IMG/VR virus record: IMGVR_UViG_3300027816_000062
DNA length: 64,000 nucleotides
Reading direction: 5' to 3' (one strand)
DNA from: an uncultured virus (IMG/VR IMGVR_UViG_3300027816_000062)
Taxonomy: Duplodnaviria; Heunggongvirae; Uroviricota; Caudoviricetes
Part shown: piece by piece, positions 20,033-29,386 of the stretch
Numbering within the stretch: position 1 is the stretch's first letter
How the letters are laid out: the number at the start of each line of letters is the position of its first letter
Notes under the pieces: generated by a model
Database searches by the model: none
Seen by the model: only the letters and a program-made list of their open reading frames with translations
Told to the model about the DNA's origin: nothing
Made by a program: the position numbers and the translations under genes

Positions 20033-20752
20033 ATGGCTCTTACAACTGCAAGTACATTTCAACCTATCGCTGAGGCCATTGGCGCAGCTGATCACAACAT
20101 ACAGAGCACTTTAGACTTGGGTTCTGCCAGCAGCGCGGCGTCTAAGATTACAGATGCTCGCGAAGCGATTGGGGCTGAATCCCTTTTGGCAGCCGTGGCT
20201 GACTTTGACGACATGAACACTTATGAGACGTCGATGCGCACATTGGAAAAGGACTTGGTTACACGTGTTCAACCAGCCGTGGCTGCTGCGATCACAGCGA
20301 CACAAGTCTATTTCCTTGCGGAAACGGGCGCAAATTTTAGAGATTATTTTAATGCAACTACTAGTGGGAAAACATTTACATTTAACACGGACTTCAATCG
20401 ATTCCGCACTGCCTGGCGCAGAGTAAGAAATGAAGAGTTAATCGTTCCCATTGGTAGTGTTACTCGATCTGCTGGTGTTTGGCCGACGTCCTTGACCACC
20501 GAGCAAACATTCTCTTTGCCCAGTTTGCTTGAAGTTCGTGCTGGTAGTTTGATCGGGGCTGCTGCGATCACTCTGAATTTGACTTGTGTGCGTGCTGATG
20601 GGACAAATGATCTGATCGTTTTGAGCATCCCTGCCGCTACGCCCGATGGAACTCGCTTTTCTATTGGTGGGACGCAGAAATACACGAGTGTTACAACGGT
20701 CACTGCAACTGGTGGCACGAACGCTGATGTGCTCGAAGTCTGGATTCGTTAA
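20033..20752 (+). CDS. putative virion/structural protein
   Basis: strong AGGAG SD, Ala/Thr-rich beta-strand C-terminus, followed by terminator; function inferred only. Confidence 0.5.
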   Translation: MALTTASTFQPIAEAIGAADHNIQSTLDLGSASSAASKITDAREAIGAESLLAAVADFDDMNTYETSMRTLEKDLVTRVQPAVAAAITATQVYFLAETGANFRDYFNATTSGKTFTFNTDFNRFRTAWRRVRNEELIVPIGSVTRSAGVWPTSLTTEQTFSLPSLLEVRAGSLIGAAAITLNLTCVRADGTNDLIVLSIPAATPDGTRFSIGGTQKYTSVTTVTATGGTNADVLEVWIR

Positions 20753-20848
20753 TTTTCTTGATCATGAGTCGATAGCAGAAGGGCGGAGATTTTCTCCGTC
20801 CTTTTTAATTTTCCCCTATTTTTCTAGGCTTTATTTGATATATAAAAC

Positions 20849-21124
20849 ATGAACGAAGTTTCAGAAAATCAAATTATCGTAGATTGTTATGTTTATGAAC
20901 AGGACCCTAATATGTGGTGTGTTCAGGGGCATCTGGTGACTGGAGGATTGTCTATGATGTTTACGGATGGTCTTGTAGACTGCACTGAGCATTTTGACGT
21001 GTATGTTGACCATTTGCGCACAATGGCCGAAAGCCTTGGAATCCCTTTTGTTCTTGAAAAAGATGCCGTAGAGATTCGGCAAGAACTGGAAGAAGAAGAA
21101 ATGGGAGAAGAAAATCATGATTAA
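20849..21124 (+). CDS. hypothetical protein
   Basis: promoter motif upstream. Confidence 0.7.
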   Translation: MNEVSENQIIVDCYVYEQDPNMWCVQGHLVTGGLSMMFTDGLVDCTEHFDVYVDHLRTMAESLGIPFVLEKDAVEIRQELEEEEMGEENHD

Positions 21125-21314
21125 GGTCGGGCAAGTTGTTTACAACCGTGACAAATCTGAGGTTGGTGTTACCACTGGTTCTGGTCGTCGTTGTCAATCA
21201 AGTGGATGTTCTGGGTTTTGGATTATGGTTCGGTGGGATGATGGGAAAGTCACATGGCCTTGTCTAAAAGGAATGAAATTTGACCCTGATGCGAACTCTT
21301 GGCAAATTCTGTAA
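21117..21314 (+). CDS. hypothetical small protein
   Basis: GGAG SD; ORF in array. Confidence 0.7.
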   Translation: MIKVGQVVYNRDKSEVGVTTGSGRRCQSSGCSGFWIMVRWDDGKVTWPCLKGMKFDPDANSWQIL

Positions 21315-21355
21315 AAAATCCCCTTTCTTCTTGATTGTGATCGGATATATAAAGT

Positions 21356-21511
21356 ATGCGATTTAAGATTATTGATTTCAAGCCGTACTTCATTTTCGAT
21401 GATGAAGATGAAGCCTATGGTTTTTACAATCGGATTCCCCGTTCTTTGCGGCGATTCTTCTTCTTTCAGTGTGTGGGCGGATATTACAACGCGGTGACGC
21501 TTCGCTACTAA
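21356..21511 (+). CDS. small hypothetical protein (51 aa, below ORF-track cutoff)
   Basis: ATG at canonical distance from promoter motif; open to TAA 21511. Confidence 0.6.
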   Translation: MRFKIIDFKPYFIFDDEDEAYGFYNRIPRSLRRFFFFQCVGGYYNAVTLRY

Positions 21512-21517
21512 GAAAAT

Positions 21518-22129
21518 ATGACTTACATTGTTAAGCCTTTGTGGGAAATCATGGTCCCCTATGTTATGGGCGATCATGATGGAACAAATCCTGATTTACC
21601 GAAAAGAAATCGCAACATTCCCGTTCCCTATCATCAAGAATGGGATGAGTTTGTTCGCAATGTGACAGGCGGCTTAACGATTCATCGCGCTGCTCGTGGT
21701 CAGTGGGAAGATCGTGACGGAAAACTTTACAAGGAAATTATGATTCCTGTGCGGATTGCTTGCACACAAGAGCAGATCGCGGAAATCGCGGAATTTACAA
21801 TTCAGCATTACAAGCAGAAGGCAGTTTTCGTTACCCTTGTTAGCGAAAAGACTCTGATCTTTTATGCCGATGGTGAAGCTCCTGAGCCAGACCCCAACAC
21901 TATCGTTGCCGTGGCGTTTTACTGGGATGACTTGGAAGATATTGGTGGTTGGTGCTCCGATCTCAGTAAGGAAAGCCTCGATTATGAACGCAAAGAGTCC
22001 CCTGGCTTACGCTTCAAGCCCATCTATGCCAGCGATAAAGGACGATGGGAAAACGACATGGAAGATTGGACGTCAGATTGGATAAATGAGCTTTGCTCTC
22101 GTCCTTTTGTATTTGATAAAAATGATTAA
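21518..22129 (+). CDS. hypothetical protein
   Basis: TGGLTI...GQW..E.MIPVRIAC..HY.Q.AV motif. Confidence 0.75.
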   Translation: MTYIVKPLWEIMVPYVMGDHDGTNPDLPKRNRNIPVPYHQEWDEFVRNVTGGLTIHRAARGQWEDRDGKLYKEIMIPVRIACTQEQIAEIAEFTIQHYKQKAVFVTLVSEKTLIFYADGEAPEPDPNTIVAVAFYWDDLEDIGGWCSDLSKESLDYERKESPGLRFKPIYASDKGRWENDMEDWTSDWINELCSRPFVFDKND

Positions 22130-22604
22130 GCCTCAGAAACCAAGTGCCCGATTAGGATGGATAGCGCCGAATGGTGATTGGTATCCATGCGCTTATACTG
22201 CTCATCGACATTTAGCCTCGATCATTGGGCAGAATCTATTCCCAGACACATACTTTCATGACGAACTTCTTTTAGAGCAAAATGGATGGGTTTCTGTTCG
22301 ATCTGGTGGCATGATTAGTAATGGCAAAATGATCACGCCCGATCAGATGAATACATTAAGGCTAATCGTGGAAGAATTTGAATACATGGAAAGTGAAAAT
22401 CCTAATATAAGTTGGGATGAAGAACTCTGTCGTAATCCAGAACTATATTTTCGCGTCCGCTGTTTCACTATGCCAACAGAAGGCATGAAGGCCAGCTTTG
22501 CCAAAACACTACGATCACGATTTGATTACTTATCGGGGAATGATCATTCCTTGGTTGAAGAATCAAGATTGTCACGAAGAAATAACGTTCATCCAGGGGA
22601 TTAA
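22122..22604 (+). CDS. hypothetical protein
   Basis: GWI.P.G..Y.C...H motif; ORF in array. Confidence 0.7.
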   Translation: MIKPQKPSARLGWIAPNGDWYPCAYTAHRHLASIIGQNLFPDTYFHDELLLEQNGWVSVRSGGMISNGKMITPDQMNTLRLIVEEFEYMESENPNISWDEELCRNPELYFRVRCFTMPTEGMKASFAKTLRSRFDYLSGNDHSLVEESRLSRRNNVHPGD

Positions 22605-22645
22605 AATATCCCCTTTCTTTTTGATTGTGATCGGATATATAAACC

Positions 22646-23005
22646 ATGGACTACAAGATCGAATTAAATGAATATTCTGGAATGCTTGTGGGGAATAGAT
22701 GGTACGAGATTGACATCTTCTATTTAAGCGGCGGATGTTTCGTAGTTGCCATTAACTTTTTGGGATTTTATTCAAAAGGAACAAAATTGTCTCAGCACGG
22801 CAAAAAAGAAGTTGTTAAGAAGGCTTGTGGCTCGGTCAATGATGTGAAAGATTTTGTTTTGGCACATTTTGAAATGGAACAATCCACACATGGTGGTGAT
22901 GTTGAATTCACTGGGGCGATGATTGATAATGAAGTCCTGACCAAAAGCAAAATCCTTGGTTTTTCGCGGCGCGAAATTGTTATCCCTTCTGCGAGCTGCT
23001 GTTAA
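22646..23005 (+). CDS. hypothetical protein
   Basis: promoter motif upstream. Confidence 0.7.
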   Translation: MDYKIELNEYSGMLVGNRWYEIDIFYLSGGCFVVAINFLGFYSKGTKLSQHGKKEVVKKACGSVNDVKDFVLAHFEMEQSTHGGDVEFTGAMIDNEVLTKSKILGFSRREIVIPSASCC

Positions 23006-23928
23006 CTTTTTTGATTATCATCATTAGGGTTGGGATCGGGGAAGTTTTCTTGATCTTGAACAAAGTCTCTCAAATCTTCGGTTCGATTAAACCATCCTGG
23101 GTTTGCTTTGGCATGAGGTCTCGTCTTCAAATAGGCCTCTCGAAGATTCGTGATTTTAATTGCCAGCTCTTGGTCTTTTTCAGGTGTACTTGCGTATTCC
23201 CACGTAAGTTTCATCGTTGCAGGCCCAAGAACGCCTGTTTGTGGAGCCCCGACAATTCTTTGAAGCAGCCTTATAGCCCTTGTTGTTCCCCCATGATATC
23301 CCCAGTCGGCGAGGGCCACAGCAGTTCTTTCAGGAAGTTCATTTCCTCGAATGGGGTTCCAATACATCTTTTCCATAATTTTATGGGCTTCATTCGGGGT
23401 CATTTTTCTCACGCTTTGTCTTGGTAAATCCATCGAATCTCGCCATTGATTGTATGTGTTTTGTGTGACGCCCATGTTTGTGGCCCCGCCTGGGTCAGCG
23501 GATTTCTTTCTGTGGACAAATCCGCCTTCTGCTGGCAGCGTGAATTGTTTGAATTTTTTCAGATCGCCACGATTTGGTTTAACTTGTTTTGCTGGAGCTG
23601 GTTTAGTTGCTTGTTGTGGTGCAATAGGCTTGGATGTCTCTTTTCTGATCGGTTCTGGTGCTTTGGCTGCTGGCTGAACAAATTCTGTCGTGATCTTAAC
23701 TGGTTCTCGATTTGAATCATAAGCGGGCGTCATTAATGCTTGGCCTGCAAGCATTGCTGGCACGCCGTACATCAGCGCTTTTGCAAATGGGTTTGTTCGT
23801 TTTTTTCTTGATTGAGCAAGTTTAACTGCGATGTCGTCAAGATAGTCAGCCTCTGTATAATGCCCGATATTATCAAGATGGCTGGCTATTCTATTCAGCT
23901 CTCCGATCATAGCAGTAACGTCTCTCAT
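23002..23928 (-). CDS. glycoside hydrolase family 108 lysozyme with N-terminal extension
   Basis: EGGFV..DPGGATNMGVT, YW, LQRIVG...G.LGPAT, GWFNR; hydrophobic segment and Pro/Ala/Lys linker upstream. Confidence 0.85.
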   Translation of the reverse strand: MRDVTAMIGELNRIASHLDNIGHYTEADYLDDIAVKLAQSRKKRTNPFAKALMYGVPAMLAGQALMTPAYDSNREPVKITTEFVQPAAKAPEPIRKETSKPIAPQQATKPAPAKQVKPNRGDLKKFKQFTLPAEGGFVHRKKSADPGGATNMGVTQNTYNQWRDSMDLPRQSVRKMTPNEAHKIMEKMYWNPIRGNELPERTAVALADWGYHGGTTRAIRLLQRIVGAPQTGVLGPATMKLTWEYASTPEKDQELAIKITNLREAYLKTRPHAKANPGWFNRTEDLRDFVQDQENFPDPNPNDDNQKS

Positions 23929-24040
23929 ATTGGGCAATCTCCAGAACTTATATTTGGCGAAAATTCTGGCTCTCACCTTTGAGGCTAGACGACATTTGAA
24001 AAATCCCTTATTTTCGAGGTTCTGATCGGATATATGAGCT

Positions 24041-24489
24041 ATGGACATTTTGCGTTCGCCTATGACTCTCAAACAAATCATTTCCATGTCTGAGAATGAT
24101 GAAAATGGCTACGTTCATGGAATTGTGCCCTTTTCGCTTGATGAAATCATGAACAACGATTTCGAGGGTATGATGGATTTGTTTTCGGAAAGACTCACTG
24201 CCACTGATCTTTAATGGATATTCATTACGAGGCTGTTGGCTTTGCTAATGGAATGATCTTGATTAAAGTTACTGGCGACCCTGAAACGATCATTGAGGGT
24301 GAATTTGGTCTAAAGGATGAGTTTCCCTACAATCTTCAACCTGGCGACGAGGTTACTTGGAACGACCCCGATGATGGCCTTTGCAGTGTCACAGGTATTA
24401 TTTCTGAGATTGAGTGGAATGGCGACTCTGCAACAATCATGTTTACCTCTGGTCAAGAGATTGAAGTATTGGCAGGAGAGCTTTCGTGA
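24041..24489 (+). pseudogene. hypothetical gene apparently split by a 1-nt shift at CTT-TAA-TG (24209-24216)
   Basis: ORF from promoter-linked ATG 24041 stops at 24214; next frame continues MDIHYEAVG. Confidence 0.45.
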
Positions 24490-25016
24490 AGATTACTAAG
24501 TTTGCAGACATTCCTCAATACACCCGAGGGGCAAATTACGCAGTTAATGTTCCCTGGAGCCACTTGGAACGTGCGCTTGAAGCTTACAATGAGGGATGCA
24601 CTAATCTTTATCTGGACCCTGATTTCCAACGCGGTCATGTCTGGTCACTTGATAAGAAGATTGCTTATGTTACATACATTCTTCGCGGTGGTCAAGGCAG
24701 TCGTGAAATTAAGTTCAATCATCCTAATTGGTCAAATAGTGTCAAAGGAGATATGGTTCTTGTTGACGGTAAACAAAGACTTGAGGCTGTTCGTGGATTT
24801 CTTAGAGATGAATTCCCAATTTATGGTAGCTTGTTCAGTGAATTTACTGATGAATTGCGAATCATGCGATGCGATTTTGTTTTCCAAGTGAATGATTTGA
24901 AAACCAGAGAGGAAGTTTTACAATGGTATCTTGACTTGAATAGCGGTGGTGTTGTTCACACCGAAGAAGAGCTTAATCGAGTCAGAGAAATGCTTGAAAA
25001 GGAAAAGGGGAATTAA
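24486..25016 (+). CDS. DUF262 (GmrS/ParB-like) domain protein
   Basis: PDFQRGHVW and LVDGKQRL motifs. Confidence 0.85.
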   Translation: MKITKFADIPQYTRGANYAVNVPWSHLERALEAYNEGCTNLYLDPDFQRGHVWSLDKKIAYVTYILRGGQGSREIKFNHPNWSNSVKGDMVLVDGKQRLEAVRGFLRDEFPIYGSLFSEFTDELRIMRCDFVFQVNDLKTREEVLQWYLDLNSGGVVHTEEELNRVREMLEKEKGN

Positions 25017-25056
25017 AAAATCCCCTTTTTCAGAATAATGATCGGATATAAGAAGC

Positions 25057-25404
25057 ATGAGTGAAGATTTTTTGAACGGTTTTGCTATCGGTGCTGTTGC
25101 GATTATAGTTATTTGGGTTTGCTCGGCAATTAAGGCGAGTATTCCAAAACCTACAAACATGGGGTGGCTCGATGGATCGGGTGATTGGATTGAGGTGGTT
25201 CGTATCGGTCACTCAGGAGTGACTGTGCGACATTGTGGGTATAATTCACGTAATTCACACTGGACATTTAGGCGCTGTGCAGAAGATGCTGGCTGGCCTC
25301 TTTCCAAGATGCTTGATTACCTGGGCCTTCCCGATGAAAAGACACTCAAGGAAGCTGACATGACCATGGGTGAATGGCTTTCACAAAAAAATAAAAATTC
25401 TTGA
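25057..25404 (+). CDS. membrane-anchored hypothetical protein, paralog of 25906..26262
   Basis: N-terminal TM; CA.DAGW...KM...LGLPDE..LKE..MT.GEWL shared. Confidence 0.8.
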   Translation: MSEDFLNGFAIGAVAIIVIWVCSAIKASIPKPTNMGWLDGSGDWIEVVRIGHSGVTVRHCGYNSRNSHWTFRRCAEDAGWPLSKMLDYLGLPDEKTLKEADMTMGEWLSQKNKNS

Positions 25405-25472
25405 AACTTTTCAAAGGTGATCGCCGTATAACAAAAGAACATACACAAAGCAAAAGCTTTAAGGACACAATT

Positions 25473-25541
25473 ATGACTCGCCGATATCTTTCACTGCTAG
25501 GACTCTTATCGCTTTCTCTTGAGAAAGCGGCGATTAGCTGA
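25473..25541 (+). CDS. putative Leu-sensing attenuator leader peptide MTRRYLSLLGLLSLSLEKAAIS
   Basis: AAGGA SD; 7 Leu in 11 consecutive codons using CTT/CTG/CTA/CTC/TTA; followed by alternative hairpins and tRNA-Leu genes. Confidence 0.8.
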   Translation: MTRRYLSLLGLLSLSLEKAAIS

Positions 25542-25602
25542 TAGATTTTGCGATCAGTGTTTAATCCCCGATTTCTCTCAAGGAGTCGGGGATTTTTGTT
25601 TT
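25509..25602 (+). promoter_or_regulatory. transcription attenuator (pause hairpin, antiterminator, terminator)
   Basis: CGCTTTCT/AGAAAGCG; 25521-25537 pairs with 25561-25577; terminator AATCCCCGATTTC/GAGTCGGGGATT plus T-run. Confidence 0.8.
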
Positions 25603-25614
25603 TGCGTTTCACAT

Positions 25615-25699
25615 ACCGCTCTGGAGTAGCCAAACTTGCTACAGGCAACAGTCTTAGAAACTGTCTCTTTTCTGGGTTGGAATCCCAGGGGCGGTACCA
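25615..25699 (+). tRNA. atypical tRNA-Leu(UAG)-like gene
   Basis: ACCGCTC/GGGCGGT acceptor, ACAGT-CTTAGAA-ACTGT arm, CTGGG/CCCAG T-arm, ACCA end; abnormal D and variable regions. Confidence 0.65.
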
Positions 25700-25750
25700 A
25701 TATTGACAATAGAATAGAGGAAAGAGAAAATAGATTTTCGAGTGATAAAT

Positions 25751-25837
25751 GCGGACGTGGCGGAATTGGTTTACGCGCTACTTTGAGATGGTAGTCCCCG
25801 ATTGGGGGTGTGGGTTCGAGTCCCACCGTCCGCACCA
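25751..25837 (+). tRNA. tRNA-Leu(GAG)
   Basis: cloverleaf with long variable arm, TTCGAGT, CCA. Confidence 0.93.
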
Positions 25838-25905
25838 AAAATCCCTCAAATTTTCGAGCCGCGATTGTATATATGAATTATGAATGATTTTCATGGGAGT
25901 GCTCT

Positions 25906-26262
25906 TTGTCTAGTTGGCTGATCGGGTTGATTATCACGTTCTTTGTGATTTATTTTTTCTTCGGGAGTCAAAACCTTGATGATGAAGAAGAAGATTTAGA
26001 GTACTTACATTCTTGGAAAGATGGAAATGGCTTTACGACTAAAGTAATCCAAATCGGTCACGATAAGATCGTTGTAGAAAATTTTAGCAGAAAGCGCGGG
26101 CGAAAAGTTCGGGTGTGGACTGTTGAAGAATGCGCCAAAGACGCAGGATGGTCAGTTGAAAAGATGAGAGATCATCTTGGCCTTCCCGATGAAAGCGCTT
26201 TAAAAGAAGTTGAAATGACTCTTGGCGAGTGGCTTCACGAAAAGAATCAACATCAAAGATAG
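25906..26262 (+). CDS. membrane-anchored hypothetical protein, paralog of 25057..25404
   Basis: paralogy; start uncertain. Confidence 0.7.
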   Translation: MSSWLIGLIITFFVIYFFFGSQNLDDEEEDLEYLHSWKDGNGFTTKVIQIGHDKIVVENFSRKRGRKVRVWTVEECAKDAGWSVEKMRDHLGLPDESALKEVEMTLGEWLHEKNQHQR

Positions 26263-26316
26263 AACCGATCAGTAAAAAATCCCCTGTTTTCGTGGGGGAT
26301 TTTTGATAGATAAAGC

Positions 26317-27442
26317 ATGGCAACACGAGGCTGGGAGCCCACAGACTACAATCCGAACATTATTCGTGATGTTTCTAATCGAACCATTGAAGAATTTGAA
26401 AACGATATTCGATTTTCTCGTGACTGGGGCTTCGTACAAAGTTATGGCCTTGAAAGAGCTACTCAGCTTCTGGGTCGAGCCCCAGATACCCGAGCAGTTG
26501 AATTCTTTAATGAGTTCATGTCTCAGTATTCCCGAGCCGTCGAGCTTATGGAACAGCTAGGCATCAAAAAGAAGATTCTGAAAAAATTCAAGCGATATCC
26601 GATTGCTCCTTGTCTTTATGCTGATTTGAATGAAGAATGTAATGATGTATTGACGGGATCGAAAATCGGTGGAATTCCTGACCAGCGCCAAGCTGGAAGT
26701 GCGCTGTCTTCAAGGCAATATTGTTAGTCGCATCAAGGCAGCTTGGCCCAAGGATTCAAATGGTAAATATATGATATTCGTTGGCCAAATCAAAGTGCCT
26801 GGACACATCGTCGCTCCCTGGGATTATATCATGGGCGAGAAAATAGACAAGTATGGAAATTATGATCGACCTCTTAATGGGTTTAGCCACGGGCAGAACA
26901 TTTTTGAACAAGAGCATACTTATTTAATTTTTCGCAGTGCGCATGCACCAAATTTTGGAGACATGTTCGATTGTGCGATGGTGCATTCTCGCTTCGATGC
27001 CAATGAATCGGTAAAGGAAGATAAATATATTGAGGCTGTGAAAAAAGCTATTCCGCAGTATCGCCGAAGCAACATGGAAGACAATTGTCCAATTTGGAGT
27101 GATCGGTGTCACACGCTAACTGATTACCGAGTTAGCATGACGCTTGATTTAATTCGCGACTTTGAATGGGCAGGTGGGTTTGAAGGCAATGTATTTGATT
27201 ACATAGATTCGTGGAGAGAACACTTCGGTTCTTATGGCACAATTCAAATTTTTGGCGATCCAAGATCACAACAGACCCCACAGCGATTTGCTGAAACACG
27301 CACTGTTTACCGTCCTCGAATGATGCGCCCGTGGCTTGGAATGACAGACCTAAAGCACGATTACACTTGGCAATATAATTTTTGTCACGAAGGTTTTCTG
27401 AGTGAATCAATTATGGGCAAAGTTGATGGAAGCTGTACCTAA
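26317..27442 (+). pseudogene. YwqG/DUF1963-like gene split across two frames (26317..26727 and 26669..27442)
   Basis: SKIGGIPD in first ORF and WPK..G..M.FVGQI in second are normally contiguous. Confidence 0.5.
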
Positions 27443-27486
27443 TTAAAAATCCCCTGTTTTTCATGGGGGATTTTGATATATAAGGC

Positions 27487-27888
27487 ATGGCTGATTATTA
27501 CACCCATTTTTCCTTTGTCGTTGACGTTAAGAATCGTGAACAAGCAGACGGTTTGAAGAAAATGCTCACCCAGGCCAAAAATGAAGAGCTAAATGAAGAA
27601 ACTTTGTACACTCCTTGGAGTTGTGAAACTAAGGACGATTTAACTAGCTTTTGGTTTCACTCTGATGATTGTGGTCAGGTTGATCTTATTGTTGACATTT
27701 TGGCTAAATGGCAAGAAGACTTCAATTACGATCAGCCCATTTGTTTTGAGTGGGCGAATACTTGTAGTAAGCCCAAACTGGATGCTTTTGGTGGTGGGTC
27801 AGTTCTGATTTACAAGGGCGAAGCTCATTACACGAACACTTTTGATTGGTTGACTAAAAAGAAAGCCGAACTTGGAATCGTTGACTGA
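27487..27888 (+). CDS. hypothetical protein
   Basis: MADYYTHFS and FEWANTCSKP.LDAFGGG motifs; promoter upstream. Confidence 0.8.
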   Translation: MADYYTHFSFVVDVKNREQADGLKKMLTQAKNEELNEETLYTPWSCETKDDLTSFWFHSDDCGQVDLIVDILAKWQEDFNYDQPICFEWANTCSKPKLDAFGGGSVLIYKGEAHYTNTFDWLTKKKAELGIVD

Positions 27889-27935
27889 CTAAAAAATCCC
27901 CTGTTTTTCAATAGGGGATTTGATATATCAATTGT

Positions 27936-28070
27936 GCCAAGAAGCACTTGAAGTGCAGTCTACGGATATGCCTTATTAGGGCATGTGATTACTGCGTAGG
28001 AAGGACAGGGTGTAATGAAGTACGGTCGCGACGAAAAGTTACATCGGGTTAAAATCCCAACTTGGCACCA
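27936..28070 (+). ncRNA. tRNA-like RNA with enlarged core (~135 nt)
   Basis: GCCAAG/CTTGGC-ACCA ends, GGG-TTAAAAT-CCC T-like arm, internal hairpins; starts right after promoter motif. Confidence 0.6.
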
Positions 28071-28092
28071 AATTGAAAAATGAGAATCTAAT

Positions 28093-28393
28093 CGGGGCGT
28101 GGCGAAATGGCAGACGCAGGGGACTTATAAAATGAGCACTTGTTTGTGAAAGCTGCAAGTGAATGCAATCAAATTCGGTGAAACCTTAACAGTTAGGCTG
28201 ATGGCAATACCGAGCCAAGCTAACTCAAAACAGAGTTAGAAGGTGTAGAGACTAGATGGTTGCTGCCTAAGTCGAAAGATATGGCAAAGGTATAGTCCAG
28301 ACCACAAAATCCTTTGGGATCGTAGTGAAAGCTATAGTGGTATGAAAATCCCTTAGTAGCAATACTGTGTGGGTTCGAGTCCCACCGCCCCGA
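28093..28393 (+). tRNA. tRNA-Leu(UAA) interrupted by group I intron
   Basis: exons 28093-28126 and 28345-28393 splice to GGGGA-CTTAAAA-TCCCT; CGGGGCG/CGCCCCG acceptor. Confidence 0.9.
28127..28344 (+). mobile_element. group I intron (IC3-like) in tRNA-Leu(UAA) anticodon
   Basis: CTT/GAG P1, AAATTCGGTGAAAC (P), AATACCGAGCC (Q), GTAGAGACTAGATGG (R), AGGTATAGTCC (S), terminal G. Confidence 0.88.
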
Positions 28394-28443
28394 TTAGGTT
28401 ATATATTGATTACTAATGCGCTTTGTGTGCTTTTAGTATAAGA

Positions 28444-28941
28444 ATGTTTGTGTCACGTTTGCAAAAATATACCCTAGAGGAGATAAAAGAAATAATATCT
28501 AAATCAAAATCTTATGCTGAAGTAATTCGATCTATTGGTTTAATTCCTGCTGGTGGAAATTACAAAACATTGCAAAGTTTTGTACATGAATACCGAATTG
28601 ATACTTCGCATTTTCTGGGCTCAGCTTGGGGGCGAGGAAACCAATTGGATTATCTCCACAATAGCAATAGAAAATCATTAGAAGATGTTTTTTCGGGAAA
28701 AGTAGCTTATAAATCAAGCCATAAATTAAGGCTTCGGCTGATTAAAGAAGGATATTTTGAGCATAAATGCTATAAATGTGGACTAAAAGAGTGGCAAGGA
28801 CACGAAATACCCTTGGAATTAGAGCATATAAATGGAGATCATTGTGATAACAGTCTCGAAAACCTCATTATTCTTTGCCCCAACTGTCATGCTCAAACAG
28901 AAACTTATGCTGGTAAAAACAAAAAAAGACGATTAGGTTAA
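28444..28941 (+). CDS. free-standing HNH endonuclease
   Basis: CYKCG..W.G..IPLELEHINGD..DN.LENL..LCPNCH. Confidence 0.9.
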   Translation: MFVSRLQKYTLEEIKEIISKSKSYAEVIRSIGLIPAGGNYKTLQSFVHEYRIDTSHFLGSAWGRGNQLDYLHNSNRKSLEDVFSGKVAYKSSHKLRLRLIKEGYFEHKCYKCGLKEWQGHEIPLELEHINGDHCDNSLENLIILCPNCHAQTETYAGKNKKRRLG

Positions 28942-28981
28942 AAATCCCCTAAATTTTTCTTCAGATTTCGATAAATTAATT

Positions 28982-29230
28982 ATGATCGATGACAAAAGAA
29001 CTTCAGAATGTGTTATTCTTCATATTGAAGTTGATGTTGAGTACCCTGAAGGAATGCATCTTGGGGTTGTTCTATCTGGTTTGCAAAACAATGCGAAAAT
29101 TGCCATTACTGAACTTGATGACGATAGGGTCCAAATCACAGCAAATAGAATCACAGCAGTTGAACATTTTGTTACTGGAGAAATTTTAGAAGATTACCAG
29201 TGGAAAAAGAAAAAAGAATCTCCTCGATAA
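28982..29230 (+). CDS. hypothetical protein
   Basis: promoter motif variant upstream. Confidence 0.65.
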   Translation: MIDDKRTSECVILHIEVDVEYPEGMHLGVVLSGLQNNAKIAITELDDDRVQITANRITAVEHFVTGEILEDYQWKKKKESPR

Positions 29231-29234
29231 ATGT

Positions 29235-29318
29235 GCCGCAGTGGTGGAATGGTAGACACGGCAAGCTCAAACCTTGCTGCCGAAAGGCGTGAAGGTTCGA
29301 ATCCTTTTTGCGGCACCA
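29235..29318 (+). tRNA. tRNA-Leu(CAA)
   Basis: cloverleaf, GCAAG-CTCAAAC-CTTGC, variable arm, CCA. Confidence 0.93.
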
Positions 29319-29386
29319 TATTTTCACATATGCATGACTATGTGAAAAATCCCCTGTTTTCTCTTTCTTGATCGGATATATAAATC

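Noticed and set aside
24486..25016. Complete GmrSD type IV restriction system
   Set aside because: Only the short DUF262 domain is present, with no DUF1524/HNH partner nearby
25615..25699. Amber suppressor tRNA or stop-codon recoding
   Set aside because: The anticodon is UAG (reads CUA, Leu), not CUA; TAG and TGA end many intact genes here
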